From positions 32,001-96,000 of the forward strand of contig CAWVVV010000001.1 of NCBI GenBank assembly GCA_963933835.1: a DNA stretch of 64,000 nucleotides, read 5' to 3'. Each line of letters opens with the position of its first letter. Within the stretch, counting starts at the first letter, position 1. Positions 1-11,157 of the stretch are shown piece after piece. Made by a program: the position numbers and the translations under genes. The DNA comes from an uncultured Puniceicoccaceae bacterium (lineage in GTDB: Bacteria; Verrucomicrobiota; Verrucomicrobiia; Opitutales; Oceanipulchritudinaceae). The notes under the pieces are model-generated. The model made no database searches, was not told where the DNA came from, and worked only from the letters and a program-made list of their open reading frames with translations.

Positions 1-18
1 TAGTGGAAGTGATTTCAT
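1..18 (-). CDS. 5' end of the next gene of the oxidase operon (probably cbb3 subunit II, CcoO-like); runs off the window
   Basis: ATG (cat at 16-18) 6 nt after the ccoN stop, reading MKSLPL to the edge; identity inferred from gene order only. Confidence 0.3.
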
Positions 19-24
19 TGTCTA

Positions 25-1524
25 CTAGCTCACGTCCTTAGTAAGCAGTGTTGGCTGCTCGATTTCTGATGTGGTGCGTTTGAACAGAATCCAGCAAACA
101 CTGATCGCAAAAGCGATGTGGCCAATGGTTATAAGCACACCAGAGAAAGAACGCGCGATCAGATAGGGACGCGTCGCATTCGACACTTCTTCAAAAGTGT
201 AGGTTGGGACAAGAACGCCGCCGTCATCGGTTAAGGCATTCATCATCGTTCCTTGGATCCAACCGCCAAAGCTCAGAACGATAACCATGACAACGATACC
301 TACTGAGCACATCCACCAGTGAGTGCGGATGAGGAAAGCACTCGGCCATTCTTTGTGCAAAATCCTTGGGAACATGTAGTAGACTGCACCAAACATCACC
401 ATGGTATAGAAGGCATAAACACCATGGTGAGCGTGACCCACTGTGAAGTGTGTGAAGTGCGTGACCTCATTAACACTTCGTAGGGCCATGGTCGAACCAA
501 TCATGCTCGTAACGGTGTAATTGATCGCACCAAAAATAATAAAGCGCATCGTAGGGCTCGCCCAACCTTGTTTATGCAGGCCAACCACGGTGAGGTGGTG
601 ATTGATCGCTGTAACAAGCACAGGAATCACCATCATCACACTTGCGACGGTCCCGGCTGAAACCACCCATGCTGGAACTGGTCCTCCAATGAGGTGATGC
701 ACGCCCGCCCAGTTGTAGAAGAAAGCAAGGGCCCAAAAACCAACAACTGAAAGGTAGTAGCTGTGAATCGCACGCCCTAGAACTTTAGGGATCAGGTAGT
801 AAATCGTCGCGAGAGCAATGGGAGTGAGCCAAAGACCCAGCACATTATGCGCAAACCACCAATTGGTAAGCGATTGAACAACACCGCGCACCGGCACAAG
901 AATGAGCATGATCTGCGCGGTCGTATAGAGCCATGGCAGCCAAAAGAATGCCGCTAGGATATACCACTGTGAAACGTAAATGTGGTCTGACTGACGCCAG
1001 CGGAAAGCAATGATCACCCAAACGCCCACCATGGCGAACGAGATCGCAATCAGCGGTGTGGCATAGGCGGGCATTTCAAGCCACTCAGGGCCATGCATGT
1101 GGCCCGCTAAAATACCGATAATCCCAATTAATACCCCAATGTTATAAAAGACTCCGGCGGTAAGAAGGATTGGAATATGGCGGATACGCGTCTTGCAAAG
1201 GCGACCCATGATCCACGGTGCAATGGCAAAGGCGATGTTGTTCCCCCACCCGTAGGCCATCGCGTTCAGGTGCACTGTCCTGAGAATCGGCATCGTCTCA
1301 GCGGCGGAGCCACCCAGTTTTATCGAATCCATTGCCGGGTGCATGCTCAATGCTGTGAGCAGAGCAAAGACAGTTCCAACGAGCAGCCAAGCGACCGATG
1401 CAACAATGAAGAAGATCGCGGGCAAGCGCATCGAATCGTCAACTTCACTCAGCTTCGCGCGGATGCTTAAAGCTGGATTATCAGTCGATCTGAAGGATTC
1501 GAGCAGGGAGGAGGATGCACTCAT
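25..1524 (-). CDS. ccoN: cbb3-type (family C) heme-copper oxidase subunit I
   Basis: Polytopic membrane protein with His ligand motifs RTVHLN, WWFAHNVLG, FYNWAGVHH (helix VII Tyr plus CuB His pair) and HFTVGHAH. Confidence 0.9.
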   Translation of the reverse strand: MSASSSLLESFRSTDNPALSIRAKLSEVDDSMRLPAIFFIVASVAWLLVGTVFALLTALSMHPAMDSIKLGGSAAETMPILRTVHLNAMAYGWGNNIAFAIAPWIMGRLCKTRIRHIPILLTAGVFYNIGVLIGIIGILAGHMHGPEWLEMPAYATPLIAISFAMVGVWVIIAFRWRQSDHIYVSQWYILAAFFWLPWLYTTAQIMLILVPVRGVVQSLTNWWFAHNVLGLWLTPIALATIYYLIPKVLGRAIHSYYLSVVGFWALAFFYNWAGVHHLIGGPVPAWVVSAGTVASVMMVIPVLVTAINHHLTVVGLHKQGWASPTMRFIIFGAINYTVTSMIGSTMALRSVNEVTHFTHFTVGHAHHGVYAFYTMVMFGAVYYMFPRILHKEWPSAFLIRTHWWMCSVGIVVMVIVLSFGGWIQGTMMNALTDDGGVLVPTYTFEEVSNATRPYLIARSFSGVLITIGHIAFAISVCWILFKRTTSEIEQPTLLTKDVS

Positions 1525-1545
1525 GAAAAAAGTTTATTGTCTGGC

Positions 1546-1743
1546 CTAAGACTTTGGGAGTTTCCCAGGGAAAAAGTCTGTTTGTTCTCCAGCTGGCTCT
1601 TCCTCATCGAAGATACTCATGGCACCTTCTTCGAGGTTTTCCAGTTGCTTGTTTTTGTGAGCCCAGTGCAACGCGTAGGCAGCCCCGAGGAAAAACAGAC
1701 AAGCGAGCCCGAAAATGGCTCCGATGTATGGTGTCCAGTCCAT
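1546..1743 (-). CDS. ccoS: cbb3 oxidase maturation protein CcoS/FixS
   Basis: One TM helix followed by WAHKNKQLENLEEGAMSIFDEE, matching the CcoS WAxxxGQFDDLE pattern; directly upstream of ccoN. Confidence 0.75.
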   Translation of the reverse strand: MDWTPYIGAIFGLACLFFLGAAYALHWAHKNKQLENLEEGAMSIFDEEEPAGEQTDFFPGKLPKS

Positions 1744-1748
1744 TCAGT

Positions 1749-2052
1749 CTACTGCTCAGCCTCCTTAAGCTCAGCTAAAAGAAGCGTTTTACTGCGCTCA
1801 AGCGGAAGGCGAACTTGCCCTTCGGCCTCATTGATCCACTGGTAAGTCGTCGCGTTTTTTTTCTGATCTGCTTCGACTTGTGCCTTAATCTGAAGGCGCT
1901 CTTCGACGTAGAGACCATCAAGATCCTTCGACGGATTTCGCAGGTAAGTGATCGCAACAATGAGTGCGAAAGATAGGATGACACCCAGCCAGCCGAGGGC
2001 CGAAAAGAGCACCTTGCTATCTGAAGGCTCAGGCGGGAGGGAAGAGGATGAA

Positions 2053-2060
<8 letters not shown>
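1749..2060 (-). CDS. actG: Alternative Complex III small subunit, ActG-like
   Basis: Start at ATG 2060 overlapping the actF stop; single TM helix and C-terminal YQWINEAEGQVRLPLERS resembling ActG YGWxDxxxGxVRIPIxRA; follows actF. Confidence 0.65.
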
Positions 2061-3329
<1,269 letters not shown>

Positions 3330-3333
<4 letters not shown>

Positions 3334-3992
3334 AATCCAAGGTCTCCTCGATGTTCAGCTGGAACATCTTCAATTGATCCTGAGGCGGCACGCTGGAGCG
3401 CACGCACATAGAGCACGACTTGCCAGCGCTCTTCGGGACGAAGCTTTGCGCCATAGGCACCCATCGTATTCAAGCCCCACGTAATTGTGTTAAAAATCTC
3501 ACCTTCTGGCTGATCCATGATCCGCTGCTGTAAGAGGCTCGCGATGGTAGCAAATCCGTAGCGTGGATTCTTCAAAACGCCATTGCCGTCGCCGGTGGTG
3601 CCGTGGCAAATCGCGCAATAGAGGTTAAAGTTTTGCTCACCTGCTTCCATCACGGCGTTCGTGATCGCGATCGGAAAGCCGCTGCCAAATTCACCTTGAT
3701 CGTCTTTGCCGCTGACGAAGTAATCGTCCTCGTTGAAGGCATCCGGTGGTGAAAGGTGCGCGTATGTGTCTTCAAGAACGGTTGTTGTTGGGACCGCTCC
3801 AGGAACACGTGGGCGATCTGTCCGTCCGTCCGCAAAGAAATCGGATGTCGACTGCTCACCAAACTTGGCTTGGTGGTCCATATCCGGAAAGAGCTCGAGT
3901 GGGCGGCGACTGCTTTTACAGCCCCTCAGTCCGAGTCCCGAAAGAACGAGAACAATGACGAAAAAATAGATGATGAAAAAGTTCTTTAACAT
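3330..3992 (-). CDS. actE: Alternative Complex III monoheme cytochrome c ActE
   Basis: N-terminal hydrophobic segment with lipobox-like LRGC, FPDMDHQ, single CAICH, MGAYG axial Met region. Confidence 0.88.
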
Positions 3993-4534
3993 CAGACTGA
4001 TTCCTCCCCGCTAACCATGGTCACTTCGAGGGCGCCCAAGCCCTCAAGAAAGCTCGTAGTCGATGCTTCATCGAAGTTTGGATCGTCTGTTTCAATCACG
4101 ATTGCGAATTGATCATCTGTCAGGCGACGGAACTTATCATAGTTCATCACCGGATGATAATGCATCGGGAGGCGGTTAAGGATAAACATGCCACCAAGGG
4201 TTCCAAAGGCACCGAGCAAAATAGTGAGCTCGTAAGCGATCGGGAAAGGGAAAACGAAGTCGAAGTATGGCTTACCACCAACAATCAAGGGGTAGTTTAA
4301 CTGCCCCATTATAAACGCGATCGTCATACCGGTGCAAAAACCAGTGATCCCACCGATGAAGGTAAAGACTGGCACCTTTGAGCGTTTCAAGCCCATGGCA
4401 TCATCCAGACCATGAATTGGAAACGGCGTGATGCAGTCCCAGTTCTTGTAGCCAGCGTCGCGGACCTTCTTAGCCGCAGCGTAAACTGCTTTCGGCGTAT
4501 CGAATATTCCTAAAATTCCGTAAGATTTACTCAT
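3992..4534 (-). CDS. actD: Alternative Complex III subunit ActD (DUF3341)
   Basis: TPFPIHGLDDAMG, YPLIVGGKP, FPIAYELTIL motifs; two TM helices. Confidence 0.9.
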   Translation of the reverse strand: MSKSYGILGIFDTPKAVYAAAKKVRDAGYKNWDCITPFPIHGLDDAMGLKRSKVPVFTFIGGITGFCTGMTIAFIMGQLNYPLIVGGKPYFDFVFPFPIAYELTILLGAFGTLGGMFILNRLPMHYHPVMNYDKFRRLTDDQFAIVIETDDPNFDEASTTSFLEGLGALEVTMVSGEESV

Positions 4535-4545
4535 CGTCGTAAGCC

Positions 4546-6051
<1,506 letters not shown>

Positions 6052-6082
6052 AGCAGCAGTGAGTTAAAGTTCGTAGTTAGAA

Positions 6083-9000
6083 TTAGTGGCTAGTGTGGCC
6101 GGTTGTCTCAGCATGGTGATCATCATGTCCGTGGTCGTCGTGGCCGCCGCCATGGTCATCGCCATGCCCTGCGGCGTGACCGGAAGCTTGATCGTATTCA
6201 GCGCGGCTCAGAGCCTGGCTGTTGTAATCAGGCATAGCGGGATTTGGATTCCGCAAGCGGGCAAGGTAAGTTGTCCGTGGGCGAACGTTCAAGTAGCCTA
6301 AGACGGAGTAGTCGCGGTCGTTTGCTTTCGCTTTCGATACCGCTGAGTCCGCATCGGAGATATCGCCAAAAGTGATCGCTTCGGTTGGGCAGGCAGCTTG
6401 ACATGCAACACGGATGACACCGTCGGGAACGTGAATATCGTTCGAATCCTTCGCAGTGACCTTTTGGGCGATTTTAGCCTGTTGGATACGTTGCACACAG
6501 TAAGTGCACTTCTCCATCACACCACGCATACGAACCGTCACATCCGGATTTGCCTGCATCGACTTGAGCACGCCACCGTCGGTTTTGTAGACGTTTGTTC
6601 CTACAGGGCCGAGGTAGTATTCATCCGACGCGCGCTTGTTGTAATCAAAGAAGTTAAAGCGGCGAACTTTGTAAGGGCAGTTGTTCGCGCAGTAGCGGGT
6701 ACCAACACAGCGGTTGTAGGCCATCGTGTTGATGCCTTGGGTGTCGTGAACCGTCGCATTGACCGGGCAAACTTGCTCACACGGAGCCATCTCACAGTGC
6801 ATGCAAGCGACGGGCATGAGTGCTGCCTGTGGATCATGCGGAAGGCTGGTGCGATTAGCTGCCAGATCACCTGAAGTGTAGTAGCGATCGAGACGAATCC
6901 AATGCATCTCCCGGCCACGCATGACCTGATCTTTACCAACGATTGGAATGTTGTTCTCACTCTGACACGCTACGATACAGGAGTTACAGCCTGTGCAGGT
7001 ATTGAGGTCGACCGACATACCCCACTGCTGCTCAGGAATGAACTTTGCGAGGGCTTCTTCGTCCTTCCAGACGTCCACGTTTGGAGGTGGAGCGCCGAAA
7101 TCAGGTGTTTCGTAAAGGGATCCACCGCGCGGTGTTGAAAGCGACTTCTCCTGCAAAGGCATCTTCTTGTCAGCACCGTAGATCGCTGGGGAGTGTGACT
7201 CCATCCCGACCGTATCGACCCATTTGGGGTCTTTGAGGTGGGACTCAACATTCGCTTCACGAATAATTGCACGGCCTTCCATCGACCAGTGCTCTTGGGT
7301 GTTAGCGAGTTTGATCGGTGCTTCGTCTGGAAGAATCGCGATCGAGGCCCCTGTGCGCACAAAACTGGATGCGGTGGAAAGAGGATAAGCGTCGAAGCCA
7401 GCACCCTTTCCTACTCTACCGACATTACGTCGACCATAGCCAAGCGGCATCACGATCGTCCAGTCAGCGAGACCCGGCATAACATGCAATGGTCCGCGGA
7501 TCGTTTGATCACCAACGGTGACCTCAACAACGGGTGCCGTCTCGCGACCGCGTTTTATACGGAAAGATTTTTTCGCAATGCCGGTGCCAGGGATGAGGAA
7601 CGAACCATCCTTCGTATCGTAGCCGAGAATGTCTTCAGCGATGCGCGGGCTGATGAGGATCGCATTGTCCCATGCCAGCTTTGTCATCGGATCGGGACAC
7701 TCTTGCAGCCAACCATTGTTCGCGTAACTGCCATCGCCGATCGAGTCGTCTTTCGTAAGAACAACTTCGAGTTTTTCGGCACTGAGTCCAGGAGCGGCTA
7801 ATAAAGCTAGATCAAGAGCTGACTTGATTGCGGAACGACCGATCGACGCAGATGAGACCTTGTAGGCACTATCGTCCTTGTATCCGACACTCAGGACACG
7901 CTGAAAGTCTTTGTCGTTACCACCAAAGTGGCTCTCAAAGGTTTCAAAGGTCGCTGCGTATGGGTCACTCTTGACATCGGCGAGCGTCGCAATGACTTCA
8001 TTTTCCTGCCAAGTATCAAACAACGGCAGGACCATTGGCTGAGACGGCAGGTAGGTTCCATCAAAAGTCCGTCCGTCCCCCCAACTCTCCAAATAATGTG
8101 TCGAAGCGATGGTGAGGCCGCCCGCACTTGATACCTCTACAGAGGTTTCATCAAAGCTAGCGCCGAGGCGAACGACGTCGTCGAGTTTGGCAAGGAGGGC
8201 TGTAAAACCGAGATCAGCAGGAGCATTGTAAGCTGGGTTTCCACCAAGAATAACGAGCGACTTGATGCGGCCTTCGGTGATGCCTTGGGCCAAATCACTG
8301 ATCGACGCAGCGGCTTGAGCACCCGTTTCGACATAGTCTACGGTTTCGCCACGCGCCTTGAGGAGCTCATTCGAAAACATGACCAACTGGTGCACACTTG
8401 CTGGCAAATGACTGCCGGCCATGACAACCGAATGCCCGCTATGGGCGAGAAGGTCTGTTACGCAGTTGTGAACCCAAGCTTGATCAATAGGGGCCGAACC
8501 AGCACTCGAACGCAGGCTATCAGCGAAGGCGGTATCGGCGCCCAGTTCCTGAAGCAATTCAGCAACGAGCAATGACGCAAAGGCAGCCATCTCACTCGCT
8601 CCAAGACGGAGACGGTGATCGGCCATTGCACCCGAAATACTAAAGGCAGACTCGACCGCATAGTAGCGGCTCATCTTCTTCGCTTCGTCCTTGTTGGCGA
8701 CGCGGCGACCCGCAGCAAAAGAACGCGATAGGCCAACCGAGCCACCTTCTTTGCTCAGGAAATCACTATCGATGCTCAGGATGCGCTTTGCCTTCTCTAG
8801 CTTGTAGACGGGGCGAGTCGATTCACCGGCCAGAGCAGAAGCAGCTTTCTCAGCCGAATCGCGGGCAGCAGGCTCATATTCGGCCCAGACAGCGCGACTA
8901 AAGCGTGACTTAAGCGCTTCGACGAGACGTTGCCGTGTCGGCGAAGACGATGGTGCCGCGAGGAAAGCGAGCTCTTGTCCACGTGTCGGACGGAACTTCG

Positions 9001-9535
9001 CAGCCAATGCATCGATCGCATCAGCGACGTCGGCACGCGCGATGCGCTTGTTTCCGCGGTAAGCGGAGGTGAGGCGATCGGGATCGTAAAGATCAAGAAT
9101 CGAAGCAGACGCAAAGGCAGTTACCGCACCACCGTAGGCGGCGAAATCACGATTGCCCTCGATGTGCGTCGGACGATTTTGGTGCGTCTCAACCACGAGG
9201 GGCAGACTATCGACCGCATCTGGCATCGCCGTGGTATAGTGAACCGGAAGACCTGGAATCGATGCCTCGGGAACAGTATCACCACTCTGCTTAGAGTAAG
9301 GTGCGATGTATTTCTCTGGTCGGCGGCAACCAACCATTCCGACGCCGGCAGCAGCGAAGGACGCCGACATAATCTTGAGAAAGTGACGACGATTGACCCC
9401 ATCTATTTCAGATGCGCCCTGTGGGAATTCACGATGTATCCACTGTTTGAACTCAGGAGAATCCTGAAGTTCGTCGAGGCTACGCCAGTATTGTGGACCG
9501 GTCAGAGAATCCTTTGAAGAGTTCGAAGACTTCAT
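6083..9535 (-). CDS. actB: Alternative Complex III subunit ActB (molybdopterin-oxidoreductase-like domain plus Fe-S domain; Tat lipoprotein)
   Basis: YWRSLDEL, Tat motif NRRHFLK, lipobox-like MVGC, Fe-S motifs CTGCNSCIVAC, CMHCEMAPCEQVCP, CVGTRYCANNCP, CTYC...CQAACP; ATG 9535 overlaps the actA stop (TAATG). Confidence 0.93.
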   Translation of the reverse strand: MKSSNSSKDSLTGPQYWRSLDELQDSPEFKQWIHREFPQGASEIDGVNRRHFLKIMSASFAAAGVGMVGCRRPEKYIAPYSKQSGDTVPEASIPGLPVHYTTAMPDAVDSLPLVVETHQNRPTHIEGNRDFAAYGGAVTAFASASILDLYDPDRLTSAYRGNKRIARADVADAIDALAAKFRPTRGQELAFLAAPSSSPTRQRLVEALKSRFSRAVWAEYEPAARDSAEKAASALAGESTRPVYKLEKAKRILSIDSDFLSKEGGSVGLSRSFAAGRRVANKDEAKKMSRYYAVESAFSISGAMADHRLRLGASEMAAFASLLVAELLQELGADTAFADSLRSSAGSAPIDQAWVHNCVTDLLAHSGHSVVMAGSHLPASVHQLVMFSNELLKARGETVDYVETGAQAAASISDLAQGITEGRIKSLVILGGNPAYNAPADLGFTALLAKLDDVVRLGASFDETSVEVSSAGGLTIASTHYLESWGDGRTFDGTYLPSQPMVLPLFDTWQENEVIATLADVKSDPYAATFETFESHFGGNDKDFQRVLSVGYKDDSAYKVSSASIGRSAIKSALDLALLAAPGLSAEKLEVVLTKDDSIGDGSYANNGWLQECPDPMTKLAWDNAILISPRIAEDILGYDTKDGSFLIPGTGIAKKSFRIKRGRETAPVVEVTVGDQTIRGPLHVMPGLADWTIVMPLGYGRRNVGRVGKGAGFDAYPLSTASSFVRTGASIAILPDEAPIKLANTQEHWSMEGRAIIREANVESHLKDPKWVDTVGMESHSPAIYGADKKMPLQEKSLSTPRGGSLYETPDFGAPPPNVDVWKDEEALAKFIPEQQWGMSVDLNTCTGCNSCIVACQSENNIPIVGKDQVMRGREMHWIRLDRYYTSGDLAANRTSLPHDPQAALMPVACMHCEMAPCEQVCPVNATVHDTQGINTMAYNRCVGTRYCANNCPYKVRRFNFFDYNKRASDEYYLGPVGTNVYKTDGGVLKSMQANPDVTVRMRGVMEKCTYCVQRIQQAKIAQKVTAKDSNDIHVPDGVIRVACQAACPTEAITFGDISDADSAVSKAKANDRDYSVLGYLNVRPRTTYLARLRNPNPAMPDYNSQALSRAEYDQASGHAAGHGDDHGGGHDDHGHDDHHAETTGHTSH

Positions 9536-10200
9536 TAGCGGTGGCAGCCCGAGCAGCTCTGGGGCGGGTTGATGTTCCAATTGACAACAGCGGCGTGTGG
9601 ATCCCAGTCAGCCGAAGCATCCTCGGGGGTCCAGTTGAGGTTAAAGACCTCGTCTACAGGGCGAACGTGCTCTTCAGGATTACGGTGGCAATCTAGGCAG
9701 AAAGCCATCGACAGACTCTTTTCGTGACCGACGACAACCGCCTCATTGACGTTGCCGTGACACTCAACGCAGCTGACTCCGCGATTCACGTGAACCGCAT
9801 GATTAAAGTAAACGTAGTCCGGCACAGAGTGAATCCGCACCCACTCGACGGGGTCCCCGCCTTCAAAGGATGCGCGGATCGGTGCGATCTTAGGACTGTC
9901 TGGATTGATCACTGGGCTGCGCACATTGCTGTGGCAATTCATACACGTCCCAGCATCCGGAACATTTGCATGACCACTTTCGTCCACGTGCGTGTGGCAG
10001 TAACGGCAATCAAGGCCGAGCTGCTCAACATGGAGGTAGTGGTTGTAGGCCACCGGCTGAGTCGGCGTATAGCCAACTCGCGACCAGTTGGGAGACCAGT
10101 AATACGTAACCGCGGCCGCAAGCGTGGCAACGACCACGAATACTATCACCGCGATTTTCCACGGAGCCGAGTTTATGGATGGGGAAAAGAAATTCGCCAT
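9535..10200 (-). CDS. actA: Alternative Complex III pentaheme cytochrome c ActA
   Basis: N-terminal TM helix and five CxxCH motifs (CRYCH, CMNCH, CVECH, CLDCH, CSGCH); YFNHAVHV. Confidence 0.93.
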   Translation of the reverse strand: MANFFSPSINSAPWKIAVIVFVVVATLAAAVTYYWSPNWSRVGYTPTQPVAYNHYLHVEQLGLDCRYCHTHVDESGHANVPDAGTCMNCHSNVRSPVINPDSPKIAPIRASFEGGDPVEWVRIHSVPDYVYFNHAVHVNRGVSCVECHGNVNEAVVVGHEKSLSMAFCLDCHRNPEEHVRPVDEVFNLNWTPEDASADWDPHAAVVNWNINPPQSCSGCHR

Positions 10201-10220
10201 GCGCGTCGAAAGTTAAGGGT

Positions 10221-10370
10221 CGCTCCTCCAGTTAGCTGGAGCGCTTGATTTGGGCACGCGGGTCAGTCTGCATGCGGTTTAAGAGTTCGGATCGAGCATC
10301 GCTCCGGTCAGCACGAGTGCTGCTGGATGCCTGTTCAGCGCTTTCACGCCGAAATGGAAGAAATGCAGAC
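10221..10370 (-). promoter_or_regulatory. Candidate structured 5' leader RNA of the act operon
   Basis: 8-bp inverted repeat 10266-10273/10363-10370 enclosing two hairpins, plus a further hairpin at 10221-10243. Confidence 0.4.
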
Positions 10371-10772
10371 AAAAACGTTTTTCGATTAACTCTAAAATCA
10401 GCCATAGCAATTAGTTAGGAAGGTTCCATCAGGAAGCTTTTTTAACCCCACAAAAGCCGAATTAGGCTAAGTTCCAAAAATCAAGGCAAGAGGAAAACAA
10501 TGCAAACTGCTCTGTGCCCGCGATTGCCGCCATTACGCGTATGAAATTCTTCGCTATTCATTACGGGACACGCAAATCGGTATCAAAGAAGGCTTCCAAT
10601 CTACCCCCTCATGCCCAGTAAGCGTGCTATATATTGAGCATCATAGTAACTTTGATACACGAAACAGATTTTGCTCTACCAGCGAAACTTATAAGCCTAA
10701 TCAGCAATGTTGAAAAGCGACCGTATTCAGGTTGAATGGGTTAGGAAGGCTGTCCCCTTTACCCACCCATTG

Positions 10773-10802
10773 AAGGCTCGGTTTCGAAAGAAGCCGGGCC
10801 TT
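10773..10802 (+). terminator. 13-bp stem with GAAA loop (terminator-like hairpin)
   Basis: AAGGCTCGGTTTC-GAAA-GAAGCCGGGCCTT; T-run follows 5 nt later. Confidence 0.5.
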
Positions 10803-10814
10803 GGCCATTTTTGG

Positions 10815-11021
10815 ATGATGAAACTCTGTCGCGTCTACTTGCTAGAGAACGAAGAGAGCCGCCGATATATCGGGATCTCGGAGGACGTGCATGAACGTCT
10901 CAAGCAAAACAATGCGGGGGTTTCCAAGTGGACTGCAAAACACCGGCCTTGGGAACTCGCATGGACAAGCGCGGAACTTTCCTTGAGCGATGCCGCCGTA
11001 TCTATAGTCAGGGAAGAATAA
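10815..11021 (+). pseudogene. Short GIY-YIG nuclease (UPF0213/YhbQ-like), C-terminally truncated
   Basis: VYLLEN...YIGISEDVHERLKQNNAGVSKWTAKHRPWEL; diverges after LSLSDA and lacks the usual final helix with the catalytic Glu (AxxxExxLK). Confidence 0.7.
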
Positions 11022-11048
11022 GGAGACAATTCAGCACAACATTTACTT

Positions 11049-11070
11049 TAAACGTTTGACCCCTTTTAGT
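11049..11070 (+). repeat. Dispersed 22-nt intergenic repeat, copy 1
   Basis: TAAACGTTTGACCCCTTTTAGT, 20/22 identical to 19768-19789. Confidence 0.65.
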
Positions 11071-11157
11071 CTCATAACCCTCTGAGCGTTTTTCATTTAA
11101 TAAATCCAATACTGTTATGGGCATCAATGAGGGGCAAACGTTTAGGCATTAAATGGG

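Noticed and set aside
10240..10670. FNR box upstream of the act-cco operon
   Set aside because: Only half-sites (TTGAT or ATCAA); no TTGAT-N4-ATCAA palindrome
10720..10772. tRNA upstream of the GAAA hairpin (CCA at 10767-10769)
   Set aside because: No cloverleaf or TTCGA T-loop can be formed
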